Numbered from the stretch's first letter, positions 21,218-33,241 are shown. The stretch is 64,000 nucleotides of DNA from Histomonas meleagridis 2922-C6/04-290x (GCA_020184695.1 JAANOX010000236.1:76823-140822), one strand, 5' to 3'. Notes: generated by a model from the sequence alone, not told the origin. Numbers and translations are program-made.

Positions 21218-21299
21218 CGACACGAACCAGATTCGAACTGATGCGGAACAAGCCCATGGGGACTCTAATCCCACGCCTTAACCACTCGGCCATCGTGTC
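21218..21299 (-). tRNA. tRNA-Ser(AGA)
   Basis: GACACGA...TCGTGTC-G acceptor, D arm GCCGAGTGGTTAAGGC, anticodon loop TT-AGA-GT, long variable arm, T-loop TTCGAAT. One A.C mismatch at 31-39. Confidence 0.85.
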
Positions 21300-21763
21300 T
21301 CTGTAAACTTCAAAAAATGATTATAACTAGTAGTATAATTTAAAGCAACTAAGTTGAAGCTACATAAAAAATTGGGATATTTTCTTTTTATAACTCTTTT
21401 TATCATGCTGGATGTTTAGTTACCTTTAAAATTGAAAGTTAAACAAATTATTATGAAAATTAAGTTATTAAAAATCGAATTAAAAATTAAAAAGATAACA
21501 AAAAATGTAAAACTTTGGAAGAAAGAGTGACTGTTTTTTGGTTTTCTTTGTAAAATATATGCGACGAAAAAAATTGTTAAATCGTGAAATGAAATGATTA
21601 GATGAATGTAAAAGAATAATGAAACAAATTAATCTCCATTTTTCGAAGCATAAAAGCATTGACATTTTAGCTTTAGTTTGAACTACATCAGGATCAAATG
21701 AGTATTCTTTGGTGTTATTCAAAATTGAGGGGGTCTGTTACGATAAAATACGTTATTTTTCAG

Positions 21764-23695
21764 ATGTCAAGAACAAGAGAAAAATTGAGGACAAAGAGAA
21801 ACGTGGCAACTGATGCTTCACCAAAGTATTCAGTCAAGAACAACGTGCGTCTTACCTCTGGCTTTCGTTCTGGTTTATCCATGCGCTCAATGCAAAATCC
21901 CCAACAAAGCATTAGAAAACCACCAGATCAAGTAATCCTCACAGACGAAGAGAGGAAAGAGGAATTCAGTCGTGATCTCAAAGTTGAAGATCCTCAAGCG
22001 CCTCAATCTCTTGTTCGACTCAAATTTAGTCAAAATCAATATGAAGAAGTTGGTGTTCGTGATCCGATGATCATTAACTACGAACAGGTTGGAAGAATTG
22101 CTTTAATTAACAAACTAAAAATCGAACAAGAAACTGAAATGAATGAAGAAGAAGATTCAGGAGATTCAAAGCAGGACACCAAAGTGCTCCGCAATCAATT
22201 CAACTACACAGAACGAGCCACACAAAACAAAACAGCTGCTTACATGGATCAGGCTACAATAACAGAAGCACCAACTCCCAAAAATTGCACAGGTGTTACT
22301 AATGCTCGTGTCATTGGTGATGCGTATGCTAAAGACAAACACATTTCCCTTGCGCCCAAGCCACATTCAGCCTTATTTGTGACAAGAATAATGGAACGTG
22401 TTGTTAATCAAAATCTTGATCCGAATGTTGTTTTAGATTTTAGACATTTTGATGATGCTCGTGATACAATTACCAAAGACAAAGGTTATACTCTTCCACT
22501 TTGGGAATTTTCATATGATTCTCTTAATGGTTTTTCAACTACAAGCATTGAATGGAATCCTTCTATTCCCGATTTGTTTGGATGCACTTATTCATCCACA
22601 AGTAACCAACAAAAAGGATATCTCTGCACTTGGACCCTTAAAAACCAATCAAATCCAAGAGATATAATTGAACTCAATTCTCCGGCGGTTTCTATGAATT
22701 GGAATCCATATGAACCGTCACTTGTAGCGGTTGGCACTTTCGATGGTAACGTACACATTTTTGACGCCCGTTTACGGAATTCGACGCCCGTTTACAGCAC
22801 ATCAAAAAGTGCTAAACGTCACACAAGCAGCGTAACGGTCGTTCGATGGCAGATGCCTGATACCTCCAATAATAACACACTTTTATCCGCGTCACTTGAT
22901 GGCCGTATTATCTTATGGACGCTCATGCAAAACGAGATGAAGCCAACTGAAATTGCGACACTTCCAGCTGGCGTTGTAAGTCTCGATTATTATAATGACA
23001 AAACAACACATTTCACAGTTGCATGTGATGATGGACGTATCTATCGAGTTCTTAAGACACGTACAACCAAAGATCCAACATCATTTGAAGCGCATTCGCC
23101 ACCATGTTTTAGCATTCATCACAACAAGTTCCATCCTAATGTTTATGCCACGAGTGGTACAGATTGGTCAGTCAAACTATGGCGTGAAGGGGAAGATACA
23201 CCTTTACAAGTTTATGATTATGCGCCAAATTATGTCAACGACGTAAAATTTGCGCCGCATTCATCGACAATATTTGCGTCGATAACATCGGATGGGGAAT
23301 TGTTCATTTATGACGTAGCGGTTGACAGATATAATGAAATTTGTAAGACAGATATAATCGAAGCAAATGATGGGGCACTTACGACAATGTGTTTCCATCC
23401 AAAACTTCCAGTGATACTTATTGGAGATGACAAAGGAAGAATACACTCACTAAAAATGAGTCCGAACTTAAGAAGAAACACACGAACAGAAAAAGAAGAA
23501 GAAGAAAAAATGAAAATAGTAAAAACCGAATCATCAAAGAACGCAAGAGGACTACTGCCGAACTTAGCAGTGCCAATTGAAGAGGACGACGACAACGGAA
23601 ACACCGCATTGGAAGAGGAAGCAAGAAAGGACGCGCTGATAAGGGACGAAACAGCAAAGTTCGAGAAGTCAATGGGTGTGTCATGGGTTAAGTAG
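21764..23695 (+). CDS. Dynein intermediate chain (WD40; axonemal DNAI1/IC78-like)
   Basis: LRNQFNYTERATQ, MERVVNQN, LPLWEF motifs followed by WD40 repeats (LLSASLDGRIILW, TSGTDWSVKLW). Confidence 0.85.
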   Translation: MSRTREKLRTKRNVATDASPKYSVKNNVRLTSGFRSGLSMRSMQNPQQSIRKPPDQVILTDEERKEEFSRDLKVEDPQAPQSLVRLKFSQNQYEEVGVRDPMIINYEQVGRIALINKLKIEQETEMNEEEDSGDSKQDTKVLRNQFNYTERATQNKTAAYMDQATITEAPTPKNCTGVTNARVIGDAYAKDKHISLAPKPHSALFVTRIMERVVNQNLDPNVVLDFRHFDDARDTITKDKGYTLPLWEFSYDSLNGFSTTSIEWNPSIPDLFGCTYSSTSNQQKGYLCTWTLKNQSNPRDIIELNSPAVSMNWNPYEPSLVAVGTFDGNVHIFDARLRNSTPVYSTSKSAKRHTSSVTVVRWQMPDTSNNNTLLSASLDGRIILWTLMQNEMKPTEIATLPAGVVSLDYYNDKTTHFTVACDDGRIYRVLKTRTTKDPTSFEAHSPPCFSIHHNKFHPNVYATSGTDWSVKLWREGEDTPLQVYDYAPNYVNDVKFAPHSSTIFASITSDGELFIYDVAVDRYNEICKTDIIEANDGALTTMCFHPKLPVILIGDDKGRIHSLKMSPNLRRNTRTEKEEEEKMKIVKTESSKNARGLLPNLAVPIEEDDDNGNTALEEEARKDALIRDETAKFEKSMGVSWVK

Positions 23696-24133
23696 AAAAA
23701 AATGCTGTATACATAAAGATATTTCTGATAAATTTGTAATGTTTAGTAAAATGTGTACATTATCGTTGTGATGCATCACTATAATTATATGAACTCTTTG
23801 TTTAAAATCACTGAATAATTCAGATATTCATTGGTGCTTTACATAAAAAATGGCTTGAGGACTCTTTTTATGTCTTCATTATCGAAAAAATGAGAACAAA
23901 CAACACATATAAAAAATTTCTTTTTTTTTCAAATAACTGATATTCAAAAAATAAAAGTAATATTACACATTTTACTACAAAAGAATTAATAAATTATTTT
24001 TGGTTCCAAGATATTTTTGTTCGAAAAGTGGATTTATATCTGGTCGGACCCTGCCTAAACGGTTCTATCGACGGCTAAAATTTACAGTATAAACGGTCGT
24101 TGTATACAAAGCGGTTATTTCGGTTTTGTCCGG

Positions 24134-24138
24134 CCTTT
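24134..24138 (+). promoter_or_regulatory. M5 (CCTTT) alternative initiator upstream of RPS15
   Basis: CCTTT-GGA-ATG. An M3-like AGCGGTTA lies at 24110-24117. Confidence 0.65.
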
Positions 24139-24141
24139 GGA

Positions 24142-24564
24142 ATGTCCAAGTTCGCACAACGTAACTACACTTTCCGTGGAAAGACCCTTGATGACCTTAA
24201 GGCCATGGAACTCCCAGAATTCGTGAAGCTTCTCTCAGCACCACGCAGGCGTTATATCTCACGCTGCTTTGGTGTCAAGCATCTTCATCTTATTACCAAG
24301 CTCAAGAAAGCACGCGAAGCTGTTAAAGGCCCAGGTGAAAAGCCACCCGTTGTTAAAACACACCTTAGGTCAATGGTTGTTCTTCCAGAATTTGTCGATA
24401 ACATAATCGGCATTTACAATGGAAAGGAATTTGTTGAAGTTCAAATCAAACCAGAAATGATCGGTCATGTTCTCGCTGACTTTGCTATGAGCAAGAAAAT
24501 AGTTAAGCACAGCAAAGCTGGTGTTGGTGCTACACGTAGCTCATCAGCAACATCTCTCAAATAA
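24142..24564 (+). CDS. RPS15: 40S ribosomal protein S15 (uS19)
   Basis: TFRGKTLDDL, VKTHLRSMVVLPE, IGIYNGK, IKPEMIGHVLADF. Confidence 0.95.
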   Translation: MSKFAQRNYTFRGKTLDDLKAMELPEFVKLLSAPRRRYISRCFGVKHLHLITKLKKAREAVKGPGEKPPVVKTHLRSMVVLPEFVDNIIGIYNGKEFVEVQIKPEMIGHVLADFAMSKKIVKHSKAGVGATRSSSATSLK

Positions 24565-24922
24565 AGAACATTTATTTGAAAACATGAAAATTTGACTTTT
24601 TTTTGCTTATAAATTCCATCATGCTCACATTGATCAATCAAAAATTTTTATTTCTTTAGTTCATCCTATAAATGCGTTTATCAAATAATTTTAGTGAAAA
24701 TGCTACAAGGATTTCTTTGAGGTAATTTGAATTCTTTATAAAGGAAATCATTAAATATTTCAACTATATTTTATTCTTTTCTTTAAATATTTTAGGATAG
24801 TGTAAAAGAAGGCTATGCCCAAAAGATATAATATGTTGCAACATTCTTCTTTGATCAAAAGGCTTGAAATTGGTTCAGAGTTGGTTAATTATTTTCGAAC
24901 AGACTTTGTTAATTTCCAGACA

Positions 24923-25387
24923 ATGCTGATCTTTTTTCTTTCATTGATTTCAGCTGAAGATTATCCATCACTCTCATTGGACGATACATATCATGAGGTT
25001 GTAATTCCTGGCGGTAGTAATGCAACATATTGGGTTCAACCAAAACTTGATCATTCTGCAATTTTAATTCTGCATAACATGCTTAATATTAATTGCTCTA
25101 AAAAGAACACAAAAGACACAGACTTTGTTCCAATGGGAGAAAGTAAATTCTCAAGACCTGGAAATATTACTGAATCCAGATATTTATTCCAAGAAGAAGA
25201 TCCTGTTCTTTTCCGAATTTCATGTGGAGGTGATGAATGCGCTTTCGTCATCACTCATGTACATACAGACCCTGTTTATCACACATCCTCAGTAATGGGT
25301 GCATTCAGCATTTTCGTTTGCCTATTTTTAGTTATACTTTCTTGGACAGTTTTCTGCGGCGCATGCAGAGCCACACGTAAAAGATAA
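24923..25387 (+). CDS. Small single-pass membrane protein
   Basis: Signal-like MLIFFLSLISA and a C-terminal TM followed by a Cys/basic tail. Confidence 0.55.
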   Translation: MLIFFLSLISAEDYPSLSLDDTYHEVVIPGGSNATYWVQPKLDHSAILILHNMLNINCSKKNTKDTDFVPMGESKFSRPGNITESRYLFQEEDPVLFRISCGGDECAFVITHVHTDPVYHTSSVMGAFSIFVCLFLVILSWTVFCGACRATRKR

Positions 25388-25870
25388 AGAGACTATAATA
25401 TAATTTATTGCTGAATGTATTTTTCTTTAAAATTTTTGATTTCATTTATTCCATAATTAATTTATTTTTAGATTCTTTTTTCCCCACTCATTTTTCAAAA
25501 ACATTTTTTTTTTAGACTCAAATGGTTAATTAAATTTTACAATTTTATGGGACTTTCCAGCTGGAAACAATATGTTCAAATAATCAAAAAAATGATAATA
25601 CGTTACATTGGAAGTTTTCTCGTTTTTGGACAAACAAAGAATATTTCTTTATCATATCCAAGATTAATTAATTTTACTTTCTGTTAAATGTTTGATCATT
25701 CAAAAATACACTTCACTTATTTTCCCAGTGAGTTCCAAAATTTCTGTACATATTACAGAAACAAGTATAATCTTTCACTTTGAAACGAGATACGTTTGAA
25801 AGCTTTCATTTGACCAATTAATTATAGAAAAATGTTGCAATGAAAATTTATAAACGTACACAATAAGGAA

Positions 25871-27286
25871 ATGTTTTTGCAATCTTTTAACAAAACCATT
25901 ACTGGTTTTAGTGCAGTCAGACAAGTGCAATGCAGTCCGTTATTATCTATTTCAGTATTATCAATTTTAACAAAATATAATATTTATCAAACACATTATT
26001 CTAATTCTTATTCTAACTTTATAAATGCACACCTAAATTCACGCGCCCAGATCGAAATCAGCAAGTCATCTTTTTTAAATTTATTTTCTACATCAATTAA
26101 ATTTGCATCTTTAGATCCATTATATCATGATGTAACTTTTAATCAAGGTCTACAATTTACAGATCAACCAGTTGTCAAAATGGTTTCTGTTAATTTTGTA
26201 AATTGTCTTTCAACAAGTAATGGTGGTGCAATTTCAGCCACAAACACAGAACTTCTACTTTATAGTGTTTTTTTCTCCAACTGTTTATCATCACAAAATG
26301 GCGGTGGTATATATCAAAATGGCGGAGAGCTTACAATTAACTCATGTCGATTCACAGAGTGTAAAGCAGAGCTTAATGGCGATGACATTTATAAAATGGG
26401 CACTGAACTTATGTATGTATATCGTACGGAATTTATTCATATTAATTCACATGGTAACAACAATAACATATATTCAGAAGCAATGATAAACTTCAATTAT
26501 GTTGTTTTTACCATCGAAGAAGGCTATTGCGCTGTTTATTGCTCACAACTTTTAATTAATAATGGATATACAAATGTAACAAGTGATTTTGAAACTTCAT
26601 TGTTTGTATCATCTCAATCGCCTGCAGTCATTCGAAACTTTGAATATCAATCAGATACAACATCAGTAAAAAAAGCGAGTTCAGCTACATTCGCAAGCAC
26701 ATTAACATTCACTAGTTCGGCTACATTTTCAGACACATATACATTCACAGATTCACAAACATTTACGCAGTCAAATACATTTTCACAAACAAATTCATTT
26801 AGCGATACATATACATTCACTCCTTCAAATCAATTTACTGGAACATCAACTTTTAGTGGATCACAAACATTTTCGCAATCAAATACATTTTCGCAATCAA
26901 ACACATTTTCTCAATCAAATACATTCTCTGCTTCAAGTAGTTTTTCTGATACATATACATTTTCTCCTTCAAATATATTCTCTCCTTCATTAACATTTAC
27001 ACCATCACGTTCGCCAACTCCTCCGCCAACACCAATGCCAACTGCGACGCCGACACCAGAAACTCCACCACCAACAGAAACACCATCGCCTCAGCCAACA
27101 CCAATGCCAACTGCTTCACCTTATCCAGAACCAACAGTGGAACCAAGAACTTGGGAATTTAGCTCACTCGGAATTGGACTTTTGGTTTTGGGTATTTTGA
27201 TGTTATTAATTGGATTGATATTAAACATCATGCTGTGCGTTAATATGATCCAAAATAACGAAATTATACTAACACAGAAATTGTAA
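25871..27286 (+). CDS. Polymorphic membrane protein (Pmp)-like surface protein
   Basis: GGAI/GGGIY plus FxxC motifs, Ser/Thr repeats (TFSQSN), a Pro/Thr stalk and a C-terminal TM. Confidence 0.75.
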   Translation: MFLQSFNKTITGFSAVRQVQCSPLLSISVLSILTKYNIYQTHYSNSYSNFINAHLNSRAQIEISKSSFLNLFSTSIKFASLDPLYHDVTFNQGLQFTDQPVVKMVSVNFVNCLSTSNGGAISATNTELLLYSVFFSNCLSSQNGGGIYQNGGELTINSCRFTECKAELNGDDIYKMGTELMYVYRTEFIHINSHGNNNNIYSEAMINFNYVVFTIEEGYCAVYCSQLLINNGYTNVTSDFETSLFVSSQSPAVIRNFEYQSDTTSVKKASSATFASTLTFTSSATFSDTYTFTDSQTFTQSNTFSQTNSFSDTYTFTPSNQFTGTSTFSGSQTFSQSNTFSQSNTFSQSNTFSASSSFSDTYTFSPSNIFSPSLTFTPSRSPTPPPTPMPTATPTPETPPPTETPSPQPTPMPTASPYPEPTVEPRTWEFSSLGIGLLVLGILMLLIGLILNIMLCVNMIQNNEIILTQKL

Positions 27287-27673
27287 GAATAAATATTGTT
27301 TTCATGTTAAATGTTCTTATATTTAAAAGTGTTCCACATTTAAACTATGTAGAATTCATTTAAATATTTTACGTAAGTTAAAGATTAAATTTAAATTTAT
27401 TGAAAAGTATAATTTGTTAAGGATGTAATAAATTTATGTAAAATTTGATTTTCTTTGACAATTAGTATGAATACTTGCAATCAATTGATTCATAATTTGT
27501 AAAACAAAAAGTGGTAAATGTCAAAATTTGACGTCAAATCACGTAACCAGTACCGACAGTTTTTTCTTGTTTTAAAATTTTTTATTTGATATCAAATATT
27601 TGATTTTTTTAAAGTTAAGATAGGTATTATTAAATTAATATTCTTGTTGATAATAATTATGTTAGTATTCGAA

Positions 27674-27746
27674 GCTTCTGTAGCCCAGTGGTTAGAGCGT
27701 TCGCCTAGTAAGCGGAAGATCGCGAGTTCGACTCTCGCCAGAAGCA
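27674..27746 (+). tRNA. tRNA-Thr(AGT)
   Basis: GCTTCTG/CAGAAGC acceptor, anticodon arm TTCGC-CT-AGT-AA-GCGGA, T arm GCGAG-TTCGACT-CTCGC. Confidence 0.9.
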
Positions 27747-27875
27747 ATTTTTTTGTTTTTTCTGTAATTATCTTAATAAACAACAATTGGGCACAACAAC
27801 TTAACTCAATTGAGTTAAATTTAATATAACGAATCATTTATTCATTAAATTTATGATAAGATTTTTATTAAACAT

Positions 27876-28799
27876 TCATTGAAGTGCCTTAATTTGATTT
27901 AGCATTTGTTCTGTTTTTTGTGGGTAATCCATTTGTTGCATTTGCCTTTGCGGCATTCCCTGTTGCATCATTGGACTACCGAGAGGCATTTGCCCCATTT
28001 GAGAGACGGGACTTCCTCTTCCGATCTGTGGCATCTGCTGCATCTGATTCATTGGCATTGAATTCATTGGTGGTGGATATTGCATTGGCGGTGGATAATA
28101 TGGATACGGATATGGATATGGATTGCTGACTCTTGGCGGACTATATACATTGGTATCATTTGACTTTTGGTCTGCCTCAATGTAAATCGAGGGTGAAAAT
28201 TGAACACCATCAATAGTCACAGGATTTATACTTGCAGCATTAGCATTCCGCATATCACAATATTGGATAATAAAATAATTCTGTTGTGGTAATTCTGTGA
28301 TTTGATATATTGGACCATATTTTTCCATCTCTGTTTTAATACGATCTTTGGAGAGTTTGGTGGCAGTGGGTGTTATTGGTGTAAGCATAATTTCCAAACT
28401 TGTCTGTCGTGGATCAATTCCCGAATATTCGGGCGGCTTATATGAAAATGATGTCACTGGAGTTCGTCCATGTAATGTAAGATTTTGGAGAGATTGGACA
28501 GCGTTTATGGCTGAACGAATATCGTAATAGGTAATAAATGCAATTCCTTTTTTTTCAATTAAATTTGTTGACATAGAGTATATCTCACCGTATGGCATGT
28601 ATATTTGTTTAAACTCATCAAGTTTTAAATTATAGGGAAGATTTTTTATGAAAATTGCGTTTGAATGTTTTGGTGGTTGAGAAAATATTGGTTTCACAAA
28701 ATGTTTTTGCTGTGGTTCTTGGTATTGATATGGCTGCTGAAAATTTGGAGGGTACCTATAGCCATATTGAGGACTGGGCGGATATCCTCCGGCTGACAT
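27876..28799 (-). CDS. RRM RNA-binding protein (Mei2-like RRM) with Pro/Gln/Met-rich termini; start at 28799 or 28823
   Basis: AIFIKNLP...KGIAFITYYDIRSA RRM, a second degenerate RRM and low-complexity ends. Confidence 0.7.
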   Translation of the reverse strand: MSAGGYPPSPQYGYRYPPNFQQPYQYQEPQQKHFVKPIFSQPPKHSNAIFIKNLPYNLKLDEFKQIYMPYGEIYSMSTNLIEKKGIAFITYYDIRSAINAVQSLQNLTLHGRTPVTSFSYKPPEYSGIDPRQTSLEIMLTPITPTATKLSKDRIKTEMEKYGPIYQITELPQQNYFIIQYCDMRNANAASINPVTIDGVQFSPSIYIEADQKSNDTNVYSPPRVSNPYPYPYPYYPPPMQYPPPMNSMPMNQMQQMPQIGRGSPVSQMGQMPLGSPMMQQGMPQRQMQQMDYPQKTEQMLNQIKALQ

Positions 28800-28847
28800 T
28801 TTTGGTGCATCGGTAACCGTCATATGAAATGTTATGTGAAATTATTT

Positions 28848-29324
28848 ATGGATATTATTACAGTACTTGAAGCAGCTCATGCACCTTTAACATTGGATGA
28901 AATTAAGGAATATTCTGGTCCTATGTTTTCTCAGGATCGCTTGGAGTCTTTAGCACGATCTGGTGAAATAAAAAAGATTGAAGGTTTTACTGATATTTAT
29001 TTTGCTGTACCTCCTTCAATGAAAAAGAGTAGCACAGTGAGAAAGTGTCAATCACCAATGAAGCAAGGTGATAGAGCAAAATGTATACAACAAATTATTG
29101 ATTTAAGAAATAAAATCATTAACGTTTCGCGCGAAATTGAATCTTTGTCAGCGAAAAAAGATCAGTTTCCAACTCAAGAACAGCTTGAAGGACATATGAA
29201 GAGATTACATAAATATAACGACAATAAAGATATAGGGCAACTGATCCTTGATCACTTGTCCAGAATGGAGAAAGTTACTATACAATCTTTGTATGAGGAA
29301 TACAATCTTGATCCGAAAGAATAA
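28848..29324 (+). CDS. SWI5: Swi5/Sae3-domain protein with N-terminal winged-helix-like region; start at 28848 or 28824
   Basis: C-terminal HMKRLHKYNDNKDIGQLILDHL...LYEEYNL matches Swi5 (HIxxLHEYNxxKDxGQ). Confidence 0.7.
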   Translation: MDIITVLEAAHAPLTLDEIKEYSGPMFSQDRLESLARSGEIKKIEGFTDIYFAVPPSMKKSSTVRKCQSPMKQGDRAKCIQQIIDLRNKIINVSREIESLSAKKDQFPTQEQLEGHMKRLHKYNDNKDIGQLILDHLSRMEKVTIQSLYEEYNLDPKE

Positions 29325-30077
29325 TCAATTACAGATATTTTTCAAATGAATCGATTTTTTATTTGGAGAACACATAATTTACCATCTCTGATGTTCTATA
29401 AATAAATGCTTAAAAATTTGTTTTGATGTGTTAAACATATTTTATCATATTATAGAACAACTGATTATTTTACTTAAAAAAACAAGAACGAAACAGAAGG
29501 CGTTGAGTATTTTCCATAATCAGGCATTACTTAACTATTGTTACCCCACTTCAGCCACTTCCCATTTGAATGTTTTAGAATAGTTGAAAAATTTTGATTG
29601 CTTAATTTTAGGACTGTAAAGTTCAATATTTTCAATAACCTTCAAAATTTTTGCAACAACAAATAAAAATTTGTTTTTTCCAAATAATGATCCTAATAGC
29701 TCATGTTAGTGCGTTTGTTCCTCTAGCATACAATCAGCACATATTTGTTGGAGGTGAAAAATATTATGATTTACATTTTCATAATAAGAAACACATTAAT
29801 TTGCAAGAAATTATATTTTTTGGTAATAAAATAAGGCAAACATGTTATCATGTTACTTATCCCTACCAGAAATTTTGTTCATAATGATTTCTAGTCACCA
29901 AAATACACAGCTGTCGATTGTAAAAATAAAATCTTTATTTTATCAGAATTTCTTTAAATTCTTTATTTTTTTTTTCCAAGAAACGATATTAATTTGATCA
30001 TAATGATTTTTGCAATAATAATAATAATCATATTGATTTTCCAATTCAAATTTAACTGTTTTCCTGAAATTTATTTT

Positions 30078-31686
30078 ATGAATAATATTAATATTAAAAA
30101 AAAATATATTTCATTCTTATTTTTATTATTCTTTGTTAAAACATTTCAAACATTTGATGAAACAAAAAATACTCTTACAATAACTCAAACAAGTGAATTT
30201 ACAGATGATTATAAAAATGTTGCTGAACATGTTATAGTTTCTGGTGTAGAAATTATTTAGGATGCTTTTTATCAATGGACTTTATTATTAACTGCAAAAA
30301 TTGGAGACTCAGTTGTTAGAGTTTTATCATCTGCATTTAAATATTGTTCTAATTCAGAAAAAGTTGAATTTGGGAAAAATTTGGAAACATTATATTATAA
30401 TTCTTTTTGCGGGTGCAAATTTGTAAATATTATAATTCCAAGCACAATTTGTGCTACCAGAGCGCAATTTGTGCGTGCAATGAACTTGAAACTGTTATTA
30501 TTGAAGAAGGCTTAACGACACTTGGAGATTATGCTTTTCAATCCTGTATAAAATTAAAAAATGTAAATATTCCAAGTTCTGTACAAAAAATTTCTACAAA
30601 TCCATTTAATAGATGTACTAGTCTGCAATTTATCAATGTTTCAAAAGAAAGTCAATACTTTGCAAATTATAATAATGATGGTATTTTATATGATAAAGGC
30701 ATCTCAAAACTCATTAGTTATCCAATTGGAATTCTAGCAAAAAAATTTACAATTCCACTTCCTGTCACTTCTATAGAGATGATGGCATTTCAAATATGTT
30801 CAACAATAGAGACTGTTATTATTGGGGAAAATGTTAATTCAATAGGAACGAATGCATTTTTTAGCTGTTCTTCCCTTAAATGTATTTATTTCTATGGGGA
30901 AAAACAACCAACCATAAGTTATAAAGCAATTTCTTCTATTCTAGCAACATCAGTTATGGTAACAGAAATATATCAAAATAATACATTTGGTGATTTAAGT
31001 ATTGTCAAAGGAATAATTGATGAATGTATTCCAATGACCAATACATTTTCTAAATCAAATACATTTACGAAATCAAATACATTTTCTAATCAAATATACT
31101 TACGAAATCAAATACATTTTCTAAATCAAATATATTTACTAAATCAAATACATTTACTAAATCAAATACATTTATTCATTTGTTACAAATGGAAACAACT
31201 TTTTCTCATTCTTTTAGGTGAGCTCATTCAATGACAATAATAATAACATTTACTGTTAATAACTCATATTCTATAAATACATACTTATTATCTATGATTG
31301 GTTCAACATATACATATGTTATAACAAATTTCGTTTTTTACGAATATACTGTCATTTTTTACAAATCTGAGATCGAATTTTATTCAATTTATTTCACTAT
31401 TTTTTATAAACAAATGGCACCAAACGAAAATAATACTCCAATAAATCTAATAATTATTGTTGTATGCGTTATAGTAGTGATTATTATTATTATTTCATTA
31501 ATTATTGTTTTTATTATTCGTAAACATAATAAAAAAGAAACGATTTCAGAACAATTTATGTCAAACGAAGAAATCGAACAAAACAACATTGAAATCAATC
31601 GTCATTTTAATGACAAAAAAACAAGTTCTATAGAAGAAGATCCTTTTGCTATTGATTTTAGAGAAAATAATTTTGTTAACATATAA
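30078..31686 (+). pseudogene. BspA-like surface protein gene, disrupted
   Basis: Paralog of 15377-18220 (same NTLTIT N-terminus, TKSNTF stalk, TM, EEDPFAIDFRE tail). In-frame TAG at 30258-30260 and frameshifts near 30430, 31085 and 31230. Confidence 0.75.
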
Positions 31687-32041
31687 AATTTCGTTTTTTA
31701 GGGATCTAAAAAACATATATATGAATTTACAATAATTTTTCTTGTATTTATTTATTTATTATCATCAGAAATGTTCCTAATGAATAACAAGACAAAATAT
31801 TATTTTTATATTGAATATTTAGAAAACAAGGATATCATTATCCTTATAATATCTTCTATATTATAAAATTTTGTTATTTAAAACAGTGTTAAAATATAAA
31901 AATCATAAGTGATGATGATCGACCTAATAGTTTCACTCAAAAACTGCACAAAAAAAACTTGTTTGACACTTTTTTATTCCAACTATTCAATAATATATTT
32001 ATCGTTTGGCATATTTTACCCTTTTACCCTTCAATAACTCA

Positions 32042-33241
32042 ATGAGTGGAAAGTCAAATTGCGTTTTTATCGCACCAAAACTATCTTTAACAGATTTAAT
32101 GACAATAACAATTTCTAAGAAATCACCTGAAAATTCACTTGTACCCATTAAAATTTTTGTTAATTCCAATAGAAAAGAATTTCAAGCTCGTTTAATCTCT
32201 GATCGCATAGTATATGAAATAGATGACAGCCTTAGTAACTTGCCAGATGCAGAAACATTAAAAATAGAAACAGAAACCAATGAAATCATTGAATTTCAAT
32301 TATCACATTTAATCTTTCTCGGGCCAACAAAATTTGCTGATCTTCCACCTGACATATATGCACTCGAATTTCCAAGTGGTCTTTATGTTCGCCAAAATGA
32401 TTTCCATGAAAGTTCTGTTTCCTTTTCTATCGATTCCAAATCAGTTACAATTCTCGATTATAACAATCTTGAAAGCCTTCAAACACAACTTGGTAATCTT
32501 ATACGGGCAAAAGAGCAACTTGAGCAAACCAAAACCCAACTTAAAAATTCAGGAATTGATCTTGAACAACTTTCCAATCTCAAAACACAAGTTGAACATG
32601 CAATGCGCGAAAAGCGTTCTGCTCAATATCGCCTTACTCAACAAAATCAAAAGATGACAGCTATGACTCTTCACTCCAAAAACGAAACTGAATATTTCTC
32701 AGCGATCAACTCACTTGTTACTCACCTTGAATCCAACAAATCTCTTCCTTCACCAACGCGCTTTCCACCGGAAAAATATATTCGTCTTTTACGTTTTCGT
32801 GTTGCAGCTCTTGATGAGTTGAAAACGATTTTCCCATTTTCCGCAGCCGAGTCATCTCTTTGTTTGTCTCACTTCTACGACGCTCCTCAAGGCATCCAAT
32901 GGGATGAGAACCGTTCTTTCCTTGGCTTTGCGACGCATTATGTGAAAGAAGTCGCTCAAATTGTTGGGGTGCCCCTGCAGCATAAACTTTTTCCATTGGC
33001 AAAGTCATCAAAGATTATGAACAGACTCACAAACACAACTCGTCAAATTCCGAAAGGTGATGACGGGAAACAGATGGTTGCTTATGCGGCAATGCTAATT
33101 GAGTGCATTCAACAAATTCTAGAAGATCTAAAGGTGGAATATGTAGAGCCTGTAACAATAGTGAAAGGAATAGAATACCTCTGGAATATAAATGAGGAAA
33201 ACTTGAAATCATTGATTCCTTTTCAACCAACAAATATATAA
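32042..33241 (+). CDS. UVRAG/Vps38/Atg14-like coiled-coil protein
   Basis: Central coiled coil followed by FLGFATHYVKEVAQIVGVPLQHKL, resembling the ALGYxAHxVxxxxxxLxVPLxY motif. Confidence 0.5.
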   Translation: MSGKSNCVFIAPKLSLTDLMTITISKKSPENSLVPIKIFVNSNRKEFQARLISDRIVYEIDDSLSNLPDAETLKIETETNEIIEFQLSHLIFLGPTKFADLPPDIYALEFPSGLYVRQNDFHESSVSFSIDSKSVTILDYNNLESLQTQLGNLIRAKEQLEQTKTQLKNSGIDLEQLSNLKTQVEHAMREKRSAQYRLTQQNQKMTAMTLHSKNETEYFSAINSLVTHLESNKSLPSPTRFPPEKYIRLLRFRVAALDELKTIFPFSAAESSLCLSHFYDAPQGIQWDENRSFLGFATHYVKEVAQIVGVPLQHKLFPLAKSSKIMNRLTNTTRQIPKGDDGKQMVAYAAMLIECIQQILEDLKVEYVEPVTIVKGIEYLWNINEENLKSLIPFQPTNI

